DNA of 58,907 bases, the filler included. It is 5 parts of 5 records of this genome, joined end to end, with 100 filler letters (N's around TTAATTAATTAA, not from the genome) between each part and the next. Parts side by side here need not be neighbours in the genome. Positions count along the whole stretch, not along the records: positions 20,217 to 35,343 come from SRR20825019_1879; positions 35,444 to 47,017 come from SRR20825019_1885; 3 more parts are not named here. One strand, written 5' to 3'. The position numbers and the translations under genes are program-made. Below the pieces are notes generated by a model. That model was not told where the DNA came from and made no database searches. It worked only from the letters and a program-made list of their open reading frames with translations. Of the stretch, positions 30,990 to 41,191 are shown piece after piece. Positions within the stretch are counted from its first letter, which is position 1. Each line of letters starts with the position of its first letter.

Positions 30990-32220
30990 CGATGCGGTGC
31001 TGGTGGGTCTGCGGCCCGGCCCGGCGCAATATTCAAGCTTCCCGTCTGCGAGGCCTTGTTCTTCGTCACACTCCGCCTGGTTCCGTCCGACGTGGGCCGG
31101 GGTGCCGGGGCGGCCGCCAGGCCGCCGGGGCGGGGAGCCTCCGAGCAGCGCCGCGCGTGGCGGCCGCTGCGCAGGCCGGCGGACCGGACCAGGGCTCCGG
31201 TACCGGCTCAGTCAGCCTACAAGCCGGGCCCGCCGGCGGGGCCGGGGCGCGGCGGCCCGGTGCGGCCCCCGAGCCCCGGCGGTGGTCGCCGGGCCCTGAG
31301 GCGGCCCCGCCCGGGCCGCCGGCCCGCCGCGCGGCCGCCGGGGCGCGCGGCCCCGGCAACACTGAACTGTCGTTGCAGTGCAGCGGCGCGGGGGCCTCCG
31401 CCGGCCGTGGTGCCAGTGACTCTGACGACGGGCGGCCGTGCCGGCCCCCCGGCGACGGCCGGCGCCGTGGACCGGGCGGGCGGTGAGGTAGTACCCGCCG
31501 GGACACTGCCCGGTTCTTCGCAACCTCGCCACTTTCGCCGGCGGGTGAGAAAGAGACCAACCGTGCAAATGTGCGCAATATCTCATCACCCGCAACCCGT
31601 CGTGTCGCGTCCGTTGAGGGGCCGGTCAGTCAACAGGGGTGTCGCGTAGGACGACCATGAGTCTGATCTGGTACCTTCAGGCCTTCCGTTCCACCGGCCA
31701 CGCCGGTATCAGATTCTTGTCACTTGAGTGAGGCGCACCGGCCGCGGCGGCGGCCGCGGGGTGCCGGGCCGCGGCCGACTCTCACCTGATCAGGCTCGGA
31801 GGTCGTGTCGGGCGGTGCGGCACTGACTGCGGTGGCGGACCGATCATTCACCCGGCAACTGAGGCATGCGCCCCTCCTCTCGTGGCGTGTCGGCCTGGTG
31901 TGTGGACGCCGCCGGGTTGGCCGCGGCGCGGCCGCCACGGGCCGCACCGTATCACTGAAAGCACCGCACCGCGGCGCGGCGGCACCCAGCACGGTAACTG
32001 AATCAAAGCTGCTGGCCCCGGCCGGGCGGCCGGGCTCACGACCATGACTGACCACTCTAGATCATTCCGGCGATGCCGGATGAGCCATGGTCGGCATCCG
32101 TCCGGTCAGAGGCTTCCCGGCCGCCGCTGGGAGGCGCCGGGCGCGACCGGGGCCCGGCCGCGGGGAGGACCGAGGTGGCCCATCGACTCCTGAGTCCGCG
32201 GCCGCGGCTCAGTGCTCAGC
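30990..32220. promoter_or_regulatory. GC-rich island D, between divergent LAMTOR5 and Zn2Cys6 genes
   Basis: Longest island; only low-complexity R/P/G/A pseudo-ORFs. Confidence 0.6.
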
Positions 32221-32549
32221 CCAATGAACCAGTCCATCATGACTCGTCATTGTTCGGGCCTGCTAGTGAAAAGTGATTACCGGACTGCGGGTGGCCGGCA
32301 CTCCTTTTCCATGCATGTTCCCCCACTCTCGACAAACTTGGTAGCTTGTCAAAGCACAATTGACGACCTGTGTTTCTCAACTCCTTGTAGACACAATTGG
32401 TTTCTCAACGCGGTTTTGTTGGCCCGGATCTTTGTTTGGACTCGAACAGTGGTCAACAGCAAGTTTCGCCGTCCGTTTGTATATATATAAAGATTAATGT
32501 AAGAAATTGGCTTGCATGCGCATATAAAGTTGTATTTGAAGTTGAAAAC

Positions 32550-34473
32550 ATGTCCGACGAAAGCGGGGGGCGGCTTGGTGGTGGCATGGCTCGAAAGAGA
32601 GCGTGCGAGGCATGCCGGAAGCGAAGGAAGAGGTAACTGGCTTTCTCGTCATGGTGTTTTGACATTTGCTCCTAACACTTTCCCTTTCCGGACGTGAAGG
32701 TGCACACCATCAAGTATTGGAGGCACGGCCTGTCATCAGTGTATAAGTCGAGGTCAAGCGGCCACATGCGAGTTTAGCTCGCCACCGCGTAGTCCCGTAG
32801 ACGAGGATAGAGATATCTTGCCCGGCTCGGTTGACTCGCAGAGTATTCCACGAACCCCCTCAAGTGTTCTTTCTCGTGGTCATTTTGAGGAGACCATAGT
32901 CAGCTTTCAGAATGTTTCTATCCAAGTGTGTGGAGCATGCATGTATGGGATCTCTGTTATTTGAATTTGGTTCCTAGCGCAGGAATTTATATTGGACTTG
33001 ATTGTAGAGGTATCGATCAGTTGTACTATTTGTTCGACTTGTGGTACGAATACGAAAGGACTATTTCTGTGAGTGTTTTCACTAGTGTGACATATCTTAC
33101 TTTTATATTCACTCTCACCATAGAGGGAAGGCCTGGGGGGCGCCCTGCTGAGAGCAAGCACTGCTGCTGATATCGAGGCCTTGACCAATACTTATTGTGC
33201 TACCTGTGCTTTTGCGAGTGGTACGTCGTGCTCCTCATCAGACCAGATGGTTCGTTGTTGGAATTGGGTCAATTTGGCCCTTCGGATGGGAATGACCTTA
33301 GTCGCGGCGTACAAGAGTCAGAATCAGAAGCCAACAGAGGTTATGTGTATGGCTAGTTTGCATCTTTTTATAGCAGTTATGTACAGTAAATTCCCTGCTC
33401 ACGCGAGCATGGAACTGTTGGTTGCCTTCGTAGCAGCTATGGATAGCGCTATCGATGCTGATGAACTGGAGACCTGGGACTATTGTGAGCAGTAAGTGCT
33501 GTGTCTGTGGTGATGTTGTCGGTCGGTTCTATGGCAGTGACAGTTTGTGGACGCGAATCTGACGTGTGAGAATATCTTCTAGGATGAGAGCCATTTTTGA
33601 CCTATCCTTATTGCGGTTGGATGGCTTTTTTGAAAGGGGTCGGAATGATCGGATCAAAGCATTCCAGAAACACGGAAGTGCCATAACCCCTCGGGTGAGT
33701 GCACCATTGCTGAATATCAGGAAAATCGCCACAGCTCACAGAACTGACCCTTGCTCAGAAATTGCATAGTTTATGCATGGAAATCATTGCACAGACGTTC
33801 ATTGTGTATCAAGCAGCTGGGCAGTTAGATCTTCGTACGGGGGCCTTGGATGTGTGCGCCGATCCATTTGAGTTAGATGTTGTTTTCAAGGCAAAGCTCG
33901 CGGTGCTGGTGGAAGATATTTCGCGCATTATAGTCTTGTGGTAAGCACTCGAGGAGGTTGCGCTTATCCGAATACGCCAATTAATTGGGGGTTTCAGTCA
34001 AAAATGGGACGGATTGCCGGAGATGCGACGATGTCATTGCCTCCTTTTGCTTCACTTGGCATACGCACACTTCATGTTAAATCGTGATGACGTGGTAGCG
34101 GCTGAATATGCTCGATATGGCATGAACTTGTGGCTGGTTCACGGTGAAAGTTGCCACCCGGCCAATGCTCTCTCCAGTAATGAGTTTCTGATGGGGGTTG
34201 CTGTGCTTGGACATCTTGATCCAGGTGAGCAGATGCGATTTTATATCATGGTGGAATCGCGAGTACTGAGGTTTTGCGATATGCACAGGGTGGCTTGTTG
34301 AGTTTGTCATCGCGAGACCCTATCTAGTGACCATGGACTCAATGGAGCACTTCAGCGTGAGGGGATGCCAAAACGTATTCAAATTGTCAAAATTGTGCAG
34401 TAATGCCATGGCCAGGATCAAGTCAGCCACGGAGCTGTCTGGTGATGAGGAGAATCAGGTTTCTCCACCTTAG
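32550..34473 (+). CDS. Zn(II)2Cys6 (GAL4-type) transcription factor, multi-exon; middle exons uncertain
   Basis: Splicing at 32633-32699 gives ACEACRKRRKRCTPSSIGGTACHQCISRGQAATCEF. Confidence 0.75.
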
Positions 34474-34703
34474 ATCGAGTAGCCCCAGGGTGTTTGGTCC
34501 TGCCGCTACCTCTCGGAACTAGACCCGCTGCGTCCACTTCCCCTACGCTAAGCAATACGTGAAAGGTCAAACCAATATCAATCGTTTCTTGCTAAACGCC
34601 CAAACCGGGATCATCGGAGCGATCATAGAGTCGCACGCATGTTCATTGTCCCGTAATACCGAGGAAGTAAAACATGAAGACGTATATGTAACGCGAATAA
34701 GGT

Positions 34704-35343
34704 TTACTCAAAGTTCCCTCTAAGCAATCTGGAGTCTGTTCGTGCAGCATCACCAACCTCCAGATCAAGCGGACCACTGTAATCTTCATCTACCGGGTAT
34801 TCTTCTAAATCTAGAGGCCCACTCAGCTCTTCAAGTTCCGCGGGCTGAGCGGCAGCGAAAGGATCGACCACAGCCATGGAGCTGGGGTCATCCGGGTCTT
34901 GAGATGTGGGAGCTCCGTCCTTCCCTGTAAACTTGCCAGCCTTAGCAGCTGCAAGAGTCTGCTCTGAAATCCCATCTAAAGAACCATCCACCACATCATC
35001 ATCTATACCCTGCACGACAGACGGAGCAGCTTTTGCTGCAGATCCGGGCTTGCCCCCCTTACCACCCGGATTTTTCGGCGGTTTTCCGGTTGTAGTTTTG
35101 GTCTCATTACCTGCAACTGCGGGTGCAGTCCCATTACCCGCCGGTGCAGTCCCATTACCCGCCGGTGCAGCCCCGTTACCCGCTGCCGCGGTGGCATTGG
35201 CACCAGCAAATTCAGACGAAGGCGGTGCAGATGGAGAGGTTTCATTTCCAGCAACAGGGCCTTTGCTCTCAACTTTGTCACCTCCATCCGCAGGAGCGGT
35301 GTCATTACCGGCGCCACTGCCAGGAGGAGCCGGTCCACTGCCA
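34704..35343 (-). CDS. Low-complexity Ala/Gly/Pro-rich probable glycoprotein, 5' truncated
   Basis: Frame open from the contig end; many NxT sequons (NDT, NET, NAT, NGT x2); ends RLLRGNFE*. Confidence 0.65.
35122..35184. repeat. 21-bp coding tandem repeat x3 (AGNGTAP)
   Basis: ggtgcagtcccattacccgcc at 35122 and 35143, variant at 35164. Confidence 0.9.
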
Positions 35344-35443
35344 NNNNNNNNNNNNNNNNNNNNNNNNNNNNNNNNNNNNNNNNNNNNTTAATTAATTAAN
35401 NNNNNNNNNNNNNNNNNNNNNNNNNNNNNNNNNNNNNNNNNNN
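35344..35443. other. Assembly spacer
   Basis: N run with TTAATTAATTAA. Confidence 0.99.
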
Positions 35444-36260
35444 GGGGGGGGGGGGGGGGGGGGGGCACTTCCCGGTCCTCGCACGGGCGACTCCCCGAAA
35501 GGCGGCCGGCCGGCGGGCCGCGAGGGACCTGACGCGGGCCGGCGACCGGACGCCGACGACCGGCGGCTGCGGGCGACGCGGGCCCCGCCGGGGCCGCGCG
35601 CCCCCGCCCCCGGCGGAGCCGGCGGGTGGGCCGCCCGGCCGACACTCACTTGGTGGCACCCATCGGCCGCGCAAGCGCGCCGGCTGGCTTGCCGGCGCTC
35701 GCCTCGCGGCCGGACCTGGTGGCCGACCGGCCCGGCCCCGCGCTGAGGCGGGACCGTCCGAGGCTGACCGGACCGGCCGGCCGCTCCTCATGGCAGGACG
35801 GCCCCCGTGACGCCACGGACTCATGAGGACCCGGCCTCGTAGGCCCGGCGGTCCGGGACCCACCACCCCCCGGTGAGTGAGTGCCGTGGCCGGCCGGCGG
35901 CGCCGGGACGCCACGGGGCTGGCCTTGCCGTCAGTGGGACTGGAACGCAGTGGGCCGGGGTCCAGTGAGTCCGGGGCCAAGCCCGGCCCGCCGCGCTCTC
36001 GACCCGCCTCGCGGCGCGGCCGCCCGGCGCCCGGCCGGGGACCGTCGTCCGGGAGGCCGGCGACGCCCGGCCGGGGACGCGCGGCCCGGCGGCCATATGG
36101 GCCGGCCGGGGGTCAGCTCACCGTCCAGGGCACGCCGCCCGGGGAGCCGGAGCGGGGGGGGCGGGACAACCCGCCGGCCAGGCCGAGCGGCCGCTGACAG
36201 TTGACGGCGAGTGCACCGGGGGCTGGTCAGTGGAAGCCCGCGGCCCGCCATGCTGCGCTC
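35444..36260. promoter_or_regulatory. GC-rich island E, upstream of the BLOC1S3-like gene (starts with G22)
   Basis: Very GC-rich; ends about 70 nt before ATG 36329. Confidence 0.6.
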
Positions 36261-36328
36261 ACTATGCACAGATTCATATATACCAGCGCCAAGGACGGAG
36301 GTAGTGTGAAACAGATCCTAACAAAAAT

Positions 36329-37519
36329 ATGAGCGAAGGTGACCTATACACAGCAGGACTCCCGGGACAAGTGGTTGCGGGTGAAGAGGTGGAGGAAACA
36401 GATGACGAGGATGACTTTCTTAGTCCGGGGACCCCTTCTGCCCCTTCCATTGCACCCAATGTGCCGAAACCTCTCGTGACTCCTAGTAGCAATACCTGCC
36501 CGGTACAAAGTTTGGCAGCTGGCTCGGATACGGTGCGCCCGCCGTCGACATCGTCCTCGTTTTCGAATGGTACGTGACTCCATTTACTCACCACATGTAG
36601 TGTAAGGACTAATAACGGTCAGCAGTATCACACAACGATGCCGCCTCATATTCCATGGGTGAGACCAAGAAGTTGTGCACAAGGCCCCATAATGGACTAA
36701 TACCTTGACAGTGTCCCGGGGGGAGAGAGAGCCGGGCGAGGGCCGAGAGGAAGATACGGAGGAAGAAGACGTTGTGTTGGAACTTGACGCAGCTGTGCTG
36801 GCGGGCTCCCTTGGTGATGGAGCGCAGGCCCATGCCCGGGGGCGGACGCCGCCACTTGAGCTACCGATCGATGGTATTCGCTTTAACAGAGTCAATGTTA
36901 TCGTCGCTTGCTAATCCCTCTTTGTTTGTTGCTGAAGACTCTGTGGATTTCCCCTCTGTTTCTGACGATGAAAGTGCGGGGCATATTCTGTCGTTTTCGG
37001 TTGCAAATATTAATGGCAAGATGAAAGGAGGGCTGGAGGACTTGTTGAAGACGACGAAGAAGGTGTTTGAGGACCTGAACAACCCTCAGGGTCCCCCAAT
37101 TCATGTATGTGTGCCTAGTCTTCTTGGAGTTTGTCTAAAGTTCCCCTTCAGGCTGTCCCTGGAGAAGCCTGGAACAGGATTCCCGCGGGTGTCCGTGCAC
37201 CCCATTGGACCAAACAGGGCGAGCTGGCATTGCATAATAGCGAGTTGGGTATGGCATTACAGAATAAGCTAGCGAAGCCATTTGTGACTGCGCGGAAGGA
37301 TGTGGTGACTAGTATCAATAGCGCCCAGAGGACTATCAATTCTGTCCAGGTCAGCTTCATACCGTGGCCTTTATACATCTGGATTGCCTGACACCTCATA
37401 CACAGACGACTTCGCAGCATTTGCGTGTCTTGACCGACAACCTGGCTATGCTCAATCAAACAATTCTCTCGTCGCTTACATCTAGCCACCCCAAAAGCCC
37501 CGAGCCTAGCAAGGATTAG
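36329..37519 (+). CDS. BLOC-1 subunit 3-like protein, 5 introns
   Basis: N-terminal VVAGEEVEETDDE (cf. VxGEAxETDxE) and spliced C-terminal coiled coil ELALHNSELG...PFVTARKDV...SVQTTSQHLRVLTDNLAMLNQ. Confidence 0.6.
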
Positions 37520-37775
37520 GCATCGCAAAGGGAGTTTGCTTGGACCCAGCGGTCTAATGCAGATTAATGTCTGTCCTTGATGTCCAGGCACATGTGACTT
37601 CAGGACACCGCACCAGCGTGGTACTCAAATGCGTGCAGCAACCCCGCTCTGGGAATAGTTACCATCCATGTTCCCAACGGTAGCCTTGGCATTAGGAATA
37701 AACATGGGACCTCTCCTGGGGAATATGGGCACATAAACCCGACCAGATCTCGACTGGTCTAAGGTTATGGACGGA

Positions 37776-39002
37776 TTACTTTTCGGAAATCCCTCGCAGC
37801 CACACCATCTTCCTGTGACGCCGCTCATCCTCCTCAACTGGTGTGCATATGTCCTTCACATGCTGTATACATTGGTCAGACTTGCGCAAATACAAGACAA
37901 TTGATCCTCATTCACCTTAGATGTATGCGCACACCTGAATGTTAGAGACACGCGGACAGGTTGCCTGGGCACTGATGTTTCGAAGTCACATGTAGCAAGA
38001 TTCACGCAGTCTGCCGGAATCTCCTCGTCTAGAGATGGGCAGTCGTCGATGCGATGGGTGTAGGTCTCATAAAGATTCTCCGAGAACACCACTAAACTGC
38101 GGCGTGCTAGAATTATTGACAAAGAGGGGTCCGCGCTACCCTCGTCGGGCTTGAACCTCATAATGGCTAATGAACATGAATGAGAACCAAACATGTGGCT
38201 CTGCGGGAGGACAAAGCACACATACCATCGGACTTCAGGCTCAATACCGCAGCCATTGGCTTGTATAGGGGGCCGTCCTTATGGGCCTAGGCAGATGCAT
38301 TAGTTAATAAGACGATGAACACGTGTGAGTGCACCAAACCGCACTAGAACGCTAGTGCCCACTCACGTCAATGCCTTTCCCGTCTCGGTACTCGTTCAGG
38401 AGCACCTGATTCGGGGTATCTTCAAATATCCCCACATCCTTCAACCTCTCACCTATGTAGCAATTCAGTGGCGTAGAAAGAAAACTCGTACGAAAACTCA
38501 CCAAGACGAGAACAAAACTGAGGCAAGTCCTCCACAAACATGCCTTGGGCATGTGGAATCTAAATTGCATGGTCATCAAAGCGTGAACACGACACAGTGA
38601 AGATTCAGTTACCCCTCCCCAGTTCTGCAGTTTTCGTTTGGTCAAAGAGACAAATGGGTGCTTGCTAATCTTCAAGAACAACTGTGAGTGCCAACAAATA
38701 CGCCAGCTCGCAGAGGGCTTCTACTCTACTACCTCGTCCAGAAGACTTTGTTCATCCTCTTTCGAAACGAAGTCTGGAATGTAATAAGCCCGTCTCGAAT
38801 CTTCTAGGTGGCTCTTCTCAAGTAGGTTAAAAGGAAGTTCTCTGCTAGTTTTGAGAAGAAATGTTTTCTCTGCATACAAGGAAATCAACGATATTGGCAT
38901 ACTGTAGGGACAACTAAAAACAAATCAAAAACTACCTTTCGATTTGGCGGCTCGAGACTTCAGCGCCTCCGCCATCATTTTGTCCATATCAATTGATGTC
39001 AT
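37776..39002 (-). CDS. ALKBH6: AlkB homolog 6 (2OG-Fe(II) dioxygenase), multi-exon
   Basis: Spliced YYIPDFVSKEDE...RKLQNWGGIPH..GM..E.LP...PNQVLLNEY..G.GI...HKDGPLYKP...RSLVVF...YTH.I...RVSLTFR. Confidence 0.88.
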
Positions 39003-39144
39003 AACTTTGGGGAGAAGTAAGTTTCTCTCTTTTTGAGAAATATGGACTGGCGGAGATAGCAAATAGTGTAAAGAGGCGCACACTCCCAAACTCCTGAAAT
39101 GTGCAGAAAGAATAGTGTGTGTTCTATATTTAGTAGTCACGCTC

Positions 39145-39560
39145 AACTGAGCTGGGCCCGCCCGGCCCGGCGCCCCGGGCCCTCGCCGCGCCGGCGCGGG
39201 CAGGGCGGGTGTCGCCGGGCCGTGGCCGGGACGAAGGCGCCTTGGGTCGCCGGCCCCGCGCTACTTGGGGGGCGGGGCGCCGCTAGCCGATGACGACTGG
39301 GTCCCGGTCCGGGCACTGCGACGGGTCGGGTGGCCGGCTGAGCGCGAGCCGAGCGCCCCGGCCCGGCCGCCACTCCTCACTGACTGGGCAGGTCGCTGGC
39401 CGGGCAGTCGCCGGCCTGGGGAGCTGCGTTGGCGGCGTGTCACGCCGCCCGCCGGGACCCGCCGCCGGGCGGCCCGACGAGTGAATGATCCGACAGGCAT
39501 TGCCCGGCCTCACGGTTACTTCGCGGACTCGAGCCGAGCCGGGCCGGGGTCGGCCGCATG
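39145..39560. promoter_or_regulatory. GC-rich island F, upstream of ALKBH6
   Basis: One-sided island 5' of ATG 39002 (-). Confidence 0.55.
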
Positions 39561-39747
39561 CTGTGCGCCTACTACGGCCATTGTGCTACCAATAACCACG
39601 CCCGAGTCCACTGAAAAATGATGTTTGCGGGGCCGTCTTTAGTGAAAGATTCTTCTGCTCTACCGGCACTGCTGGGAACAACAAACAGTTGTGACGCTAC
39701 CTTGTAGGGTATAGCAAGCCGCATAAATGTCAACAGTGGTTTTCTTT

Positions 39748-40224
39748 TCAGCGTCTCTTCTTTGTATCCTTGGGCTTGCTGTCCTCGGGGCCATCATAGT
39801 GGTCTCTGCAAACAAGCAAAAGGAGAGCACAAACAACGTGCACACCCAAAAACTGTTGTGATCCCTTCAGCGTGAAGTCGATCGGCACTGCGCATACGGC
39901 CAACGCTTGGAAAAGGTGAAAATAGAAAAGATCGATGTGAGCCGCCCTGCGGTATCCCCTGTCGACGTTGTGTGACGTGAGAGCAAAGAAAACCACAACA
40001 AGGAGCTTTGCAATCATTGCACAGATTAGGAATATCATAGCCCGTTGCGTTGGGCTGTTGACGTCCAGATCTGGATATATAGCTTTCACCATATGATCAC
40101 TTAGTCGACCTTGCAACGTCATCCACGAAATATCCCTAAAGTAGAAGCTCAGCACGTACGTCGGCAGCATTGCCGCGTATAGAGCTTCGTGGATAACAAA
40201 AGCAAACTGCAAAGAGCTGACCAT
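39748..40224 (-). CDS. Hypothetical small multi-pass membrane protein with a C-terminal KKxx-like signal
   Basis: About 4 hydrophobic segments; ends KPKDTKKRR*. Confidence 0.7.
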   Translation of the reverse strand: MVSSLQFAFVIHEALYAAMLPTYVLSFYFRDISWMTLQGRLSDHMVKAIYPDLDVNSPTQRAMIFLICAMIAKLLVVVFFALTSHNVDRGYRRAAHIDLFYFHLFQALAVCAVPIDFTLKGSQQFLGVHVVCALLLLVCRDHYDGPEDSKPKDTKKRR

Positions 40225-40294
40225 ATTCTAACGTGTGACCGTCACCGCTGCTCATCTCTATGGACCGTTCTACATAAATACAAACGGTGCTTAA

Positions 40295-40550
40295 TTGCCG
40301 GGGTCACTGTGCGCCGACTCCGGCTGGGTGAGCGCCCCTGGTCGCCCCCGACCGGCACTGCGCGGGGCTGCTCATGCCCGCGCCGGGCCGACCGGGGCCG
40401 GGCAGCCGGAAGCGCACCCGGAACCGGAACGCGACCTGCCCGGCCGGCCGGCCGCGATGGCTCACGGCACGCCCCCGCCGGCCCGCGGTAACGTAGTGGG
40501 CCGCCGGGCCCGGCGGCGAACCGGACGGCCTGCCCCGGGTGGGACTCTGT
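40295..40550. promoter_or_regulatory. GC-rich island G, upstream of the membrane protein gene
   Basis: Begins about 70 nt 5' of ATG 40224 (-). Confidence 0.55.
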
Positions 40551-40684
40551 AGCCTCCCAATTGGGATTCTAATTTAATTTTAAATTTCTGGAAATGGTTT
40601 ACGTGGTGGGGCCGACTGGCCTAAGATTATGTGTCAGATAATAATACAACTTCTGACACGCAGTCTGCGGGTCGCGCCAAGGTA

Positions 40685-40717
40685 CTTTCGGGCCTTTCGG
40701 GCCTTTCGGGCCTTTCG
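40685..40717. repeat. 9-bp tandem repeat (CTTTCGGGC) x3.7
   Basis: Read directly from the sequence. Confidence 0.9.
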
Positions 40718-41191
40718 ACGGTGTTAGTGGGCCTTGGTGAGGAGATCTGCGAATCGGGTATGGTGGGGCTGGAGCGTGTCGCCTGCGGGAGATTTGCGGC
40801 TGGAATTGGAACATCAACACGGAATTGTGCATGAGAGGTATGGCAGCTTTGCACTCTGCTCTCCGACGGGAAGGTTGGTCGACAGGAAAGAGCCGCACAC
40901 GACACTGAGGAATCTAAGTGCGGGAGGGTTTTACCGAGAATCTGAATTGAATATGCAACTTGGTTCGCTGCAAAACTCTGAAGTCGAAGGGAAGTATGCT
41001 AGAAGAAGATATGTTGCACATGTGGGCGACATTTCGCGCTACAAAAGGACATATATACGAAATGCACTCTCCCATTAAAGGAAGGAATGAAGGAACGGTT
41101 TATTGCCACTCAGGATTGGCCATGAAAAATATTCAAGAACCAGGTCTGGAGAACCGTCGCACATCAGCAGACGGCTGTTCAGGCAGGGGGC

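Noticed and set aside
35122-35184. Short repeats as a CRISPR array (also 40685-40717)
   Set aside because: Tandem units without spacers, and no cas genes.
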